Positions 38,797 to 49,159 of a DNA stretch of 64,000 bases are shown here, in pieces. Positions within the stretch are counted from its first letter, which is position 1. The number at the start of each line of letters is the position of its first letter. The notes under the pieces were generated by a model that worked only from the letters and a program-made list of their open reading frames with translations, was not told where the DNA came from and made no database searches. The position numbers were made by a program, and so were the translations under genes. This stretch comes from an uncultured Pseudomonadota bacterium (GTDB lineage: Bacteria > Myxococcota_A > Polyangia > Fen-1088), in assembly GCA_963847705.1 (NCBI GenBank), contig CAWKBC010000032.1, positions 352,001 through 416,000 of the forward strand, in the 5' to 3' direction.

Positions 38797-41235
38797 TCAG
38801 ATGCAGCCGAGGAAGGCCAGCAGCGCTTGCTGCGAGGCCGGATCGAGCGCGGCGTAGGCGGCGGCGGCGGCGGCAGCTTGACCGCCGTGCGCCGCGATGG
38901 CGTCGGCGATGCTGGTCGCGCGGCCGTCGTGCAGGAAGTGGACGCGCTCGGAGGCGCGCCACAGCGGTGCCGTTCGCCATTCGCTGCCGCTGGCGGAGCC
39001 GGCCACGAACCCATCGGCCAGCGCCGGCCCCATGTCGTGGACCAACAGATCCGAGTAGAGGTTGATCGTCCGTCCCGGGCCCGGCAATGAGGGCGTATGG
39101 CAGCCGGCGCAGCCGGTTGCCGCGAAGGTGGTCGCCCCCGCCGCGGAGGTGCAGCTGGCGTCGGGCACCGCGGGATCCAGCGAGGCAATGAAGGTGTCGA
39201 CGGTCTGCAGCGGCAGCGCGTCGATCTCCGGCTTCAAGAAGTTGGCGCCGCAGCCCGTGACCTCGTCGTCGGGGACCAATGGATTGGTCATCCCCATCTC
39301 GTGCGTGAAGGCGTCGCCCATGAACTCGATCAGGGTCGCGAACTGAGCCTTCCAGCCGAACTTGCCCGGCCGCCCGTCGGGCAGGACGTTCAGCGTGCCG
39401 CGCACCTCGGCCGGCTCGGCCGCCTGCGCCGTCAGGATGTCAGGCGTCTGCACGAAGTCGATGAGCGCCGTCCCGCGCAGGGTCATGGCGCTCCGCTTCG
39501 AGGTCAGGTTGGCCAGCGGGGGGACGCCGGTCGGCAAGCCGCAGAAGAACCCCAGGCCAGCGATCGAGTGGGTACGTGCCACCGGGCCGCCGTGACCGCT
39601 CAGATCGTCGAACACGCCGCCGTCGATCCGGCCGACGCGGGTGACGAAGGTGTCGGCCGTCGCGCCCATGCCGCCCTCGAGCGGGGCGTTGTGGCAGTCA
39701 CCGCAGGAGCGCCCGTTGAACAAGGGTCCGAGGCCCTGCAAGGGAAAGAGCTCGGTGGCGAACATGTCGGCGCCCATCGCCGAGGGGGTGGTGGCGCCCC
39801 CCTGGAGCGCGTGAATCACCATCGTCGGCGTCACGAACCCCGCGCCGAACGCCGGCATCTGCAGCACGACGCCGTTCCCGCCCGCCATCACGGCCGTCAC
39901 CCAGATCGTCTGCGCGTTCTCCGAGACGGCGATGCCGTTCACGCGAAAGGACGGCAGGGCGGCCTGGATGCGGCGCGCGGCCAGCACCTGGCCGGCCTGG
40001 TTGATGCGCACGATGCTGTTGTCGCCGCGGTTGAGGACGTAAATGTCCGAACCGCCGCCCAGCGTGGTGTTGCTGGCGAAGTTGTCGCTCGAGACCTCTC
40101 GCACCGCCGGGGCCATGTCGATCGGTCGATTGAACCAGGGGGAGCGGATGAACCGGGGCGCGCCCGCGATGAACAGCGTGCCGTCATCGCTGATGTCGAG
40201 CGCCACGATCTGGTTGGCCAGCGGATCGCTCACGTAGGCGATGCGGGTCGGCACCCAGTTGAAGACCATCCCGATACGGGTGACGACGTCGGGCGAGGTC
40301 GATTGCGTGGCGGCCACCGTCAGATTGGTGAGCGGATGAAACGTCCCGGCCGGCGCCAGCCCATCGACCCCCTTGAGGACATGGACCTGGACGATGCTGC
40401 CGTCAGCCTCGGCGGCCAGAAACACCGCCTTGCCGGTCCCGTCGGGCGACTTGCTGAGGATGGCGGTGCCGACGGCCCCGTGGTCGAGTCCCTCGGTCGA
40501 GGCGCTGCTGCGGTTGGTCGCGTCGCCCGAAAAGACGCCGCCCGCGACCGGATTGGGGGGACCTGCCAGCGGAGCGCCGCTGGGATCGTCGACGCTGATC
40601 GTCCCCGCTCCGTTCGCGCCGGTCGGGGCGTTGGCGATCCAGGGGCGGCCGTTGCCGCTGTTGATCGAGAGCCCGAGCGGCAGGCTCGACGACGGCAACG
40701 CGGCGGTCGCGGCGGTCGGATTGTTGACGCTGTTGAGGAAGGCGGCGTCCTGGTTGGCGTAGATCTGCGCCAGACCATCGGCGCTGGCCGCCTGTCCCCC
40801 GGCGGTCGCCAGATCGGGGGCCACCGTGACCAGACCGTGGTTGACGTCGAGCGAAAGGACGCCGCCCGGCGCCTCGGCCGGTCGCGAGAGCGTGGCGCCG
40901 AAGCTCGACGAGCTGGCGACGAGCAGGCGCGCGGGATCGAGGACCATCCCCGGCGCGATCGCGGGATTCAGCGTGGCCTTGTCATGAATCGGGCTTCCGC
41001 GGTGGAAGGTGCCGACCTGCGTGATGGCGCCCGCCCCGGGGATTCCCTGCGCCACCACCTGCGCGCGGATGGGCGTCATGAAGAAAGGATCGCGCAGCGC
41101 CAGGTCGCCGCTGTTGCTCTCCGTTTCGACGTTCGCTGCCGAATCGGGACCGGTGCTGCAGCCTGCCAACGCGATCGCCAAGACCAGGGCCTCGAGCCCG
41201 GAACGGGTTCTGACCGACCTTCGCGTGACGCGCAT
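38797..41235 (-). CDS. Lipoprotein: large N-terminal beta-rich domain + di-heme oxidoreductase (DHOR, DUF1111-like) domain
   Basis: AAGGAGG RBS, lipobox LAGC; GLGPLFNGRSCGDCH, GKFGWKA, CAGCH, YSDLLVHDMG, EWRTAPLW, FLHDGRA. Confidence 0.85.
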   Translation of the reverse strand: MRVTRRSVRTRSGLEALVLAIALAGCSTGPDSAANVETESNSGDLALRDPFFMTPIRAQVVAQGIPGAGAITQVGTFHRGSPIHDKATLNPAIAPGMVLDPARLLVASSSSFGATLSRPAEAPGGVLSLDVNHGLVTVAPDLATAGGQAASADGLAQIYANQDAAFLNSVNNPTAATAALPSSSLPLGLSINSGNGRPWIANAPTGANGAGTISVDDPSGAPLAGPPNPVAGGVFSGDATNRSSASTEGLDHGAVGTAILSKSPDGTGKAVFLAAEADGSIVQVHVLKGVDGLAPAGTFHPLTNLTVAATQSTSPDVVTRIGMVFNWVPTRIAYVSDPLANQIVALDISDDGTLFIAGAPRFIRSPWFNRPIDMAPAVREVSSDNFASNTTLGGGSDIYVLNRGDNSIVRINQAGQVLAARRIQAALPSFRVNGIAVSENAQTIWVTAVMAGGNGVVLQMPAFGAGFVTPTMVIHALQGGATTPSAMGADMFATELFPLQGLGPLFNGRSCGDCHNAPLEGGMGATADTFVTRVGRIDGGVFDDLSGHGGPVARTHSIAGLGFFCGLPTGVPPLANLTSKRSAMTLRGTALIDFVQTPDILTAQAAEPAEVRGTLNVLPDGRPGKFGWKAQFATLIEFMGDAFTHEMGMTNPLVPDDEVTGCGANFLKPEIDALPLQTVDTFIASLDPAVPDASCTSAAGATTFAATGCAGCHTPSLPGPGRTINLYSDLLVHDMGPALADGFVAGSASGSEWRTAPLWRASERVHFLHDGRATSIADAIAAHGGQAAAAAAAYAALDPASQQALLAFLGCI

Positions 41236-41285
41236 TGTGTCCTCCTTGATGGCAATGATTGAGTGTCGACGAACGAACGACGAGG

Positions 41286-42614
41286 TCATGGCCGCCGGTG
41301 CTCCCCGGTGGCCGAGGCGTGCCGGTGTGCGCCGCTGGCGGTCAGCGCCGAGGCGGTCGCCGGGACGAGAATCGGACCGCTGGCGGTCATCGCGCGATGT
41401 CGGCGCGACACCTCGGCGGAGATCACCATGAACGAGCGCGTCCGGCGCAGGAGCTGCCAGACGGCGAACGAACCACCCACGGACGCCACCGAGATCAAGG
41501 CCAGCTCGCCACGCGCCCCGCGGCTCGCCACGACCATCAACGCCAGGGTCAGACCGCTCATCGTCGCGCAAGCCGCCGCCCCCAGGACCACCGCCCGCAC
41601 GCCGGCGGAGAGCAGTCCCTTGAGCTCGAGATGAAGGCCGATGCCCGCCGAGACGGTCACCGTCGCGAAGGCGACCACCTGCCGATCGACCGCCAGCGTG
41701 GCGCGCCAGCCGACCGCCTGTCCGAACAGCCGATCGCCCGCGGCGCGCACCAGCGCCAGGATCAGGAACCCCACGACGAAGCCCGGAATGTGGCCCACCA
41801 CCGTGCGCCCGAGCCCGACGGAACGCTCCCCGCCCCTCGCCCGATCGGCGCGCCAGAGCGAAAACAGGATCAGCACCGGCGCCAGCATCAGGACCCGCGC
41901 CGACTTGCTGACGGCCGCCATCTCGGCGCCGCCAGTCCCCATCTGGGCGCCGACCGCGACGGCGCTGGCGAGATCATTCACCGCCAGTCCGCTCCAGATC
42001 CCCCCCTGGTGGGCGTCGAGACCGGCCGCCGCGGCGATGGCCCGGAACAGCACCAGGGCCACCGCGCTGTAGAGGAAGATCGTCGCCAGCGCGACCCCCT
42101 GCTCCTGCCGCCGCGCACCGATGACCGGCGCCACCGCGTTGATGGCCGAGGCTCCGCAGATCATCGTCCCCGACGCGATCAGGTTGGCCAGCCGCCGGGG
42201 GACGCGCAGGGGGATCGCCAGCGCGCGCGTGACGAAGAAGGTCGTCGGCAAGGCCGTCACCAGCCCCAGCGCGATCGCCATGAGCTGCCGCGACTCGAAG
42301 AGGCGCGCCTCGATCCGCAGCCCCATCAGCACCACCGACGCGCGCAGCACCACCTTGCCGACGAACGTCAGCCCCGCCCCGTAACGATTGCGGCCCCGAT
42401 CGTGCGCCGCCAACCCCAACCATTTCGAGAGGGGCGAATTGACGACGAGCGAGCCGACGATCAGCGCCACCAATACGTCGGGGAGCGCCCAGCGGGCCGG
42501 ACACAAGCGCTGCAACTCGAGCGCGGCTCCCCCCACGATGAGAGCCAACGCGGCGCCCGGTGCCACCGCACGGATGTGGGTGGACCACGCATGTTGCGCT
42601 GCGGGGCCGGTCAT
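41286..42614 (-). CDS. YeiH / putative sulfate exporter (PSE, UPF0324) membrane protein
   Basis: LRASVVLMG, GTMICGASAINA, GIWSGLAVND, KSARVLML. Confidence 0.85.
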   Translation of the reverse strand: MTGPAAQHAWSTHIRAVAPGAALALIVGGAALELQRLCPARWALPDVLVALIVGSLVVNSPLSKWLGLAAHDRGRNRYGAGLTFVGKVVLRASVVLMGLRIEARLFESRQLMAIALGLVTALPTTFFVTRALAIPLRVPRRLANLIASGTMICGASAINAVAPVIGARRQEQGVALATIFLYSAVALVLFRAIAAAAGLDAHQGGIWSGLAVNDLASAVAVGAQMGTGGAEMAAVSKSARVLMLAPVLILFSLWRADRARGGERSVGLGRTVVGHIPGFVVGFLILALVRAAGDRLFGQAVGWRATLAVDRQVVAFATVTVSAGIGLHLELKGLLSAGVRAVVLGAAACATMSGLTLALMVVASRGARGELALISVASVGGSFAVWQLLRRTRSFMVISAEVSRRHRAMTASGPILVPATASALTASGAHRHASATGEHRRP

Positions 42615-42968
42615 TTGCACGGCTCTCCGCTGCCATCGAACGCGATCGCGAGCGGAAACTCCAGCGACGAAACCGACAATCGCCCTCGGAGATCACGAAG
42701 CGTCAGGTCGACCACAGTTCCTCGCGCGGCAGTCTCTGACATGTCCGCGAGCGCGGTTTGTCGTCGGTTGCACACCGACAGCGACGCCATTCGCGAGCTG
42801 TCGTCCACGGCGACTTGCGAAGCGATGTGCGGAGCCGCGTGCGCGTGGATCGACATCGGATCGAAACTCATCGACTCCGAAAATTGGAACTTAACTGAAC
42901 CGCCAGCGACGGTATTCACCGGTACAACCCACGCGCAACGAGTCTCCGACATGCACATGCGCGTCGGT

Positions 42969-42984
42969 GCAATGTCGACATTGC
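42969..42984. promoter_or_regulatory. Perfect 16-bp palindrome GCAATGTCGACATTGC, possible operator
   Basis: Lies in the divergent promoter region, 60 nt upstream of ATG 43044. Confidence 0.45.
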
Positions 42985-43043
42985 GCCGGCCTCAAGCGAC
43001 GCATTCACACGACCGAAGGGACGCTGCGAGAGCGAGGAGATCG

Positions 43044-44678
43044 ATGCGACGGAGAGAGGCAACAACGCGATCGGACTTGGCGGGCGGCGCGGTCGCGCTG
43101 GCGATCGTCGCCGTCGCGGGGTGCGACGCCAGCAGCTTCTTCTGCGGCAGCAACGCGACCTGCGGCTGGTCCGACACCGATCTCGCGCGCGTGGCCGCGC
43201 TGGCCAATTTGCCGTCGACGCCGCCGGCCGACAACAGCAACGCCTACGCGACGAACCCCGACGCCATCGCGCTCGGAAAGATGTTCTATTTCGACACCCG
43301 TTTCTCTGGCCCTTCGACCTGGCTCGACGGCCTCAATCGCACGATGCCGTTCGGACGCACCGCGATCGGTCAGAGCGCGGGCGTGGCCTGCGTCAGCTGC
43401 CACGATCACGCCCATGGCAGCGTCGATCCAGCCAGCACGCCGGGCGACGTGTCGGTGGGCGCCGGCTGGACCTACGCCAACTCGCTCCCGACGTTCGATT
43501 CCGCGTTCTACTCCTTGCATCTTTGGAACGGCCGCGTCGATTCGTTATGGGCCCAGGTCGTCGCCGACAACGAGAACCCTCTGACCACCAATGGCAACCG
43601 CCTGCACACGGCCTGGTTGATCAACGATCACTACGTCCCGGCCCCGACGCCCCCGGCCAATTACCAGCCTTACCCGAACGTTTTCGCCGATCCGCTCCCA
43701 CCGTTCGGGGGATCGTCGTCCAGTGTCCAGGCGATGGTCGACGCCACCGGGCAGTGCCCGCCGCCGGTGAACGGAGTGTGCCCCACCGCCAGCTGTCGGG
43801 GCGCCACCACCACGGCGACGGGCACGGTCGACAGCTGCTGGCCGGTGGTTCCGCTGCAAGGGAAGCCCGGAAAGACGGCTGGCTGTCAGCCGGGCCTGGC
43901 CAGCGAGCCGTTCGGCGACGCCTGGGATTGCATGGACCCGGACGTTCAAACGGCGGTCACGCGCATGCTGGTCAACTTCGGCAAGGCGATCGCCGCCTAC
44001 GAGGGGACGCTGATCCTCGGTCCGTCTCCGTTCGACGAGTGGGTGGCCGATCTGCAGGCAGGTTACGGCGATTCATCGACCAAGATTTCGGGCCCGGCGA
44101 AGATCGGCGCGCAGCTCTTCGTCGGCAAGGCCGGTTGCAGCGACTGCCACAACACCCCGCTCTTCTCCGACAGCCTGTTTCACAACGTGGGCGTCGGCCA
44201 GATCGGGGCCGGGGTCCCGACGGTCGAGGACTGTCCGTCGGGCGGCGTCTGCGACTGCACGATCGACGCCGATCACCCGACCGGAACGAAGAATTGCCTC
44301 CCCTTCGGGGCCACCGACGGCCTGCAAAAGCTGACGGCCAACGGGTTCCTCCGCAGCTCGGTCTGGAGCGACGACCTGAGCTACGTCCCACCCGCAGCGC
44401 CGCCGGCGAGACCGATCGGCGGCTACCGGACCCCCAGCCTGCGCAACGTCTCGCTGACGGCCCCCTACATGCACGACGGCTCGATCGCCACTCTGGCCGA
44501 CGTCGTGTGGCATTACAACCAGGGGATCAGCGACGAGAACACGCCCGGCGACCCGGCCGCTTCGTTCAAGCCGCTCTATCTCTCCAACGACGAGCAGGCC
44601 GCGTTGGTGGCGTTCCTCGAGTCGCTGGGATCGGCGCTCCCGACCGCCGACGTGCTCGCGCCGCCGACGCTTCCTTAG
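43044..44678 (+). CDS. Di-heme cytochrome c peroxidase/MauG superfamily lipoprotein
   Basis: GAGGAG RBS, lipobox VAGC; LGKMFYFDTRFS, CVSCH, WNGRVDSLWAQ, CSDCH, YRTPSLRNVSLTAPYMHDGS. Confidence 0.9.
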   Translation: MRRREATTRSDLAGGAVALAIVAVAGCDASSFFCGSNATCGWSDTDLARVAALANLPSTPPADNSNAYATNPDAIALGKMFYFDTRFSGPSTWLDGLNRTMPFGRTAIGQSAGVACVSCHDHAHGSVDPASTPGDVSVGAGWTYANSLPTFDSAFYSLHLWNGRVDSLWAQVVADNENPLTTNGNRLHTAWLINDHYVPAPTPPANYQPYPNVFADPLPPFGGSSSSVQAMVDATGQCPPPVNGVCPTASCRGATTTATGTVDSCWPVVPLQGKPGKTAGCQPGLASEPFGDAWDCMDPDVQTAVTRMLVNFGKAIAAYEGTLILGPSPFDEWVADLQAGYGDSSTKISGPAKIGAQLFVGKAGCSDCHNTPLFSDSLFHNVGVGQIGAGVPTVEDCPSGGVCDCTIDADHPTGTKNCLPFGATDGLQKLTANGFLRSSVWSDDLSYVPPAAPPARPIGGYRTPSLRNVSLTAPYMHDGSIATLADVVWHYNQGISDENTPGDPAASFKPLYLSNDEQAALVAFLESLGSALPTADVLAPPTLP

Positions 44679-44732
44679 GGCCGGCGTCGGCCAGGAAACA
44701 GCGAAGGAATCGCACACGCCGATCGGGAATCG

Positions 44733-45104
44733 GTGGCACACTGGGGCGTGGCCTCGAAGCAGCGTAGCCCACGGCCGGTTGAGAAGACGCTCGGAGACGT
44801 GGCGATCGTCTGCGGCAAGGACGAGCAGGGGCTCCACATCCTGCGGCGACGTTCCGAGGACGCTCCGATCGAGGCCGCCGTGGTCCAACCCCTCGCCGAG
44901 GGACGCCCGATCACCGGAGAGGTGATCTCGATGCGGCCACGCAAGGACTTCCCGTTTCTCTTCGATGCCAAGACCGAGCTCGAGGCCCCGGTTGGCGCGA
45001 CCGCGCGGGCGAGCCACGGGCCCGCCCAGGTGGCCAGCAACTCGTACCGCGCGGGGTGGGACGCGATCTGGGGACCGCGCCACCGGCGCGAACGCCTCAA
45101 CTGA
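44733..45104 (+). CDS. Hypothetical protein
   Basis: Fills the gap with globular-like composition; C-terminal GPAQVA..YRAGWDAIWG. Start 44733 or 44748. Confidence 0.65.
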   Translation: MAHWGVASKQRSPRPVEKTLGDVAIVCGKDEQGLHILRRRSEDAPIEAAVVQPLAEGRPITGEVISMRPRKDFPFLFDAKTELEAPVGATARASHGPAQVASNSYRAGWDAIWGPRHRRERLN

Positions 45105-45155
45105 CGTCCTGACGTTCCGACGCTCGGCGCCTCGCGCGAGACCGAACCGGCCGGG

Positions 45156-45533
45156 CTAAGACGTGGGCGGCTGCACGGCGATCGAGAAGCGGATGCCGTG
45201 ACTCTGGGTCGCGTGGGTCATCGCCTCGACGAATCGCACCGCCTCTCCGTGCGGTGCCTCGGCGCAGTCGAGGCGAATCTGCACCGCCTTGCCCCTGTAT
45301 TGCGGGTACTGCTCGGCGAGAAAGCCGTCCAGCACGTAGCCCATGTACCGGTTGAGCTTCTCTTCGATCTGCTTGAACTGTTCGCGGGCGGCGTTCCAGG
45401 GGCGACGCTCCACCATGACCAGCACGACGGTGTCGGTGGTCTTGTCGAGGGTGATGAGATCGACGACCGCGGGGTTCTGCACCCCGGTCTCCCCGAACTC
45501 CGCGATCATCTGTTCCCGCGTCAGCTTGTCCAA
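45156..45533 (-). CDS. DUF6572-like hypothetical protein
   Basis: GVQNPAVVDLI..VVLVMVE.RPW..QIEEKLNRY..YVLDG...YPQY. Start uncertain; the listed upstream extension runs into the IS. Confidence 0.65.
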   Translation of the reverse strand: MDKLTREQMIAEFGETGVQNPAVVDLITLDKTTDTVVLVMVERRPWNAAREQFKQIEEKLNRYMGYVLDGFLAEQYPQYRGKAVQIRLDCAEAPHGEAVRFVEAMTHATQSHGIRFSIAVQPPTS

Positions 45534-45589
45534 GTCGGCCTCGCCGCCCGATCTAACACGCGATCGGGGGTTCAGGACCTGGTCATCTA

Positions 45590-46595
45590 GACCGCTTTTG
45601 AATTGACCCGATCGATCAGGCGTGATCAAACGTCGGGATGGCGGAAACATCGATCGATCTTCGGAGGCGCCTGGTAGCGGCGTATCGCTCGAAGAAGAGC
45701 GGTTCCTACGCGGCGACGGCGGCACTGTTCGGAGTGGGCGAGGCGACGGTGAGTCGTCTTTTGCGACGACAGAGAGAGACAGGCGACGTTCAGCACAAGC
45801 CGAGAGGCGGAAACCGGAAGCGAGAGATCGACCTGGACTGGCTGCGGGAACACCTGGCAGCAAATCCGGATGGGCGACTGATTGACCGCATCGCGGCGTG
45901 GCAGGAGCACGCAGGGAAGCGGGTGAGTCTAGGAACGATGTGGCTGGCGGTCCGCGCCTGCGGGTGGACTCATAAAAAAAAGCAGTGGTCGCCCGCGAAC
46001 AAGAACGCTGGGACGTCCAAGCGAAGCGGGCGACCTTCGTCGCTCAGCAGCACCAGCTCGACCCCACGAAGCTGATCTTTCTCGACGAGTCCGGCTTCCG
46101 ATTGGGGACGCCCCCGAACTACGGCTGGGCGCCGATCGGTGAGAAAGCGCCGGGAAAAGCGACACACGGGGACTGGTGCACGATGACGATGATCGGAGCT
46201 CTTGCTCTCGATGGCTGGCGCGGCTTCGTGACGATTGACGCACCCACCGACGGCGACGTCTTTCTGGCCTACGTCCAGCAGCAGCTCGTCCCGAACCTGC
46301 GGCCCGGCGACATCGTCGTGATGGACAACCTGGGCGTCCACAAGGCCCCAGCGGCCCTCGCGGCGATACGCGCCGCTGGCGCGGAGGCCCTCTTCCTTCC
46401 GCCGTACTCCCCCGAGTACAACCCCATCGAGAAGGCGTGGGCCAAGCTCAAGGACCTCCTCCGACGCTTGCCCACGCTCTCCCGAGAGGCCTTCGACGAC
46501 GCCGTCGCCTTCGCCATGACCACCATCTCCAACGCCGACGTCAGAGCCTGGCTCACCTTCGCAGGCTATTCCCTCGGGTCAATTTGAAAGCGGTC
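45590..46595 (+). mobile_element. IS630-family insertion sequence, apparently complete (about 1.0 kb)
   Basis: Terminal IRs GACCGCTTTTGAATTGACCCGA / GACCGCTTTCAAATTGACCCGA (2 mismatches); CTAG at both ends (45587-90, 46595-98), consistent with a TA duplication. Confidence 0.93.
45638..46587 (+). CDS. IS630 transposase, two frames joined by a -1 shift at A8G (45974-45982)
   Basis: HTH part SIDLRRRLV..THKKK; DDE part IFLDESG, VVMDNL, LPPYSPEYNPIE. Confidence 0.92.
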
Positions 46596-47566
46596 TAGGG
46601 AAACATGGCACCGTCGGGGCCTCCGGGCGGACCACCGTCGGGCCGACCACCGGGACCGCCGTCGGGGCCTCCGGGCGGGCCACCGTCGGGCCGACCACCG
46701 GGACCGCCGTCGGGGCCTCCGGGCGGGGGTCCCCCGTCGGTGGAGGTGCCGGTGGCCGAGCTGGTGATCGGCAGGACGACGGTGACCGCCGCGGTGTAGC
46801 CCGTCGTGTTGTCGCCGGACAACGCCAGAACGTTGGCGCCCTTGGTTTGCTCGGCGTAAACGCGATCGCCCGCGTTGGTCGTCGGATTGGTCCCCTCGGC
46901 GCTGTACGGGGCGACGCCGGTCGCCAGCGCGTCGATGAAGGTCTGGGCGAAAAACAGCTGCGTGGTGTTCGTGCCGTCGCTCGTCGAGGAGGCCTGGCTG
47001 TACGACGATCGCACGCGCAGGTGGATGTGCGTGGTGCGGCCGGAGTACCAACCGGGGATGATCGTCGCGAACGAGACCCGGCCGTTGGCGTCGGTCACCT
47101 GATATCCGCGCAGCCACGTCTCGGTCGACGTGCTCTCGACGGCCTGGTCGGAGTAGACGCCAGCCGCGTTGCAGTGCCAGATGTCGACCTGCGCGTTGGC
47201 GTACGGCACGCATCCGTTCTTGCCGTCGACGACGATGATCGTCAGCGCCAGCGCGATTCCGGTCTGCGTCGCGCTGCCGTCCAGGTTCGACAGGATGTTG
47301 CTGCGGTTGAACCGGGGATCGCTGTCGTCGGCGAAGTACGGGCCGATCTCCCCCTCGGGCGTGACGTTGCAGGCGCCCGCGTCGGTGCCGGAACCGGCAT
47401 GGGCGCCGGCGTCGCCACCCGCGCCGGCACTGGCGTCGGCGCCACCGTCGCGCCCGCCCGACGAGTCGCCGCAGCCAAAAGCCAGAATCGACCCGGTGCC
47501 GACCAACAGCCCGATCACCCTGCGTCGCGCCCGGTCCTCGACCTCTTCCTGCTTCGTCTTCTCCAT
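46595..47566 (-). CDS. Exported intradiol ring-cleavage dioxygenase-like lipoprotein
   Basis: GAGGAG RBS; RRR..LAFGC signal; GPYF, VDIWHCN..GVYS, LRGYQ.TD, PGWYSGRTTHIH; Gly/Pro tail. Confidence 0.85.
   Translation of the reverse strand: MEKTKQEEVEDRARRRVIGLLVGTGSILAFGCGDSSGGRDGGADASAGAGGDAGAHAGSGTDAGACNVTPEGEIGPYFADDSDPRFNRSNILSNLDGSATQTGIALALTIIVVDGKNGCVPYANAQVDIWHCNAAGVYSDQAVESTSTETWLRGYQVTDANGRVSFATIIPGWYSGRTTHIHLRVRSSYSQASSTSDGTNTTQLFFAQTFIDALATGVAPYSAEGTNPTTNAGDRVYAEQTKGANVLALSGDNTTGYTAAVTVVLPITSSATGTSTDGGPPPGGPDGGPGGRPDGGPPGGPDGGPGGRPDGGPPGGPDGAMFP
46611..46727. repeat. 48-bp in-frame tandem repeat x2.4 (PPGGPDGGPGGRPDGG)
   Basis: Units start at 46611, 46659 and 46707. Confidence 0.9.
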
Positions 47567-47596
47567 GTCGTCAGCTCCTCTCGACGACAGCTGGTC

Positions 47597-47612
47597 TTCA
47601 CACTTCGTGCCG
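47597..47612 (-). promoter_or_regulatory. Candidate sigma54 promoter of the dioxygenase-like gene
   Basis: CGGCACGAAGTGTGAA: strong -24 GGCACG, with GA instead of GC at -12. Confidence 0.5.
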
Positions 47613-47665
47613 CGCGCGACAGACCGGCGATCGGCCCACACGCGGTGTCGCGCGCCGACGGGCGC

Positions 47666-47698
47666 TGCTGGATCCGCACCGCGCGTGCGGATTCCGCA
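47666..47698. promoter_or_regulatory. Tandem enhancer-like palindromes TGCTG-gat-CCGCA and TGCGG-att-CCGCA
   Basis: 20 bp apart, between divergent sigma54 promoters; the motif recurs at 50918-50952. Confidence 0.6.
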
Positions 47699-47739
47699 CG
47701 ACCACCAGGCTGAGGCGCCGTGGAGAGACCGGCACGGCC

Positions 47740-47755
47740 CGGCACGCCGGTTGCT
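47740..47755 (+). promoter_or_regulatory. sigma54 -24/-12 promoter of the kinase-regulator operon
   Basis: CGGCACGCCGGTTGCT, near consensus, 33 nt before ATG 47789. Confidence 0.7.
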
Positions 47756-47788
47756 CGCCACCATGCGAGACTCGTGGAGCATCCCCAG

Positions 47789-49155
<1,367 letters not shown>

Positions 49156-49159
<4 letters not shown>

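Noticed and set aside
41259-44678. 1139-aa ORF as a single peroxidase
   Set aside because: The 5' part is antisense to the PSE gene; RBS and lipoprotein signal place the start at 43044.
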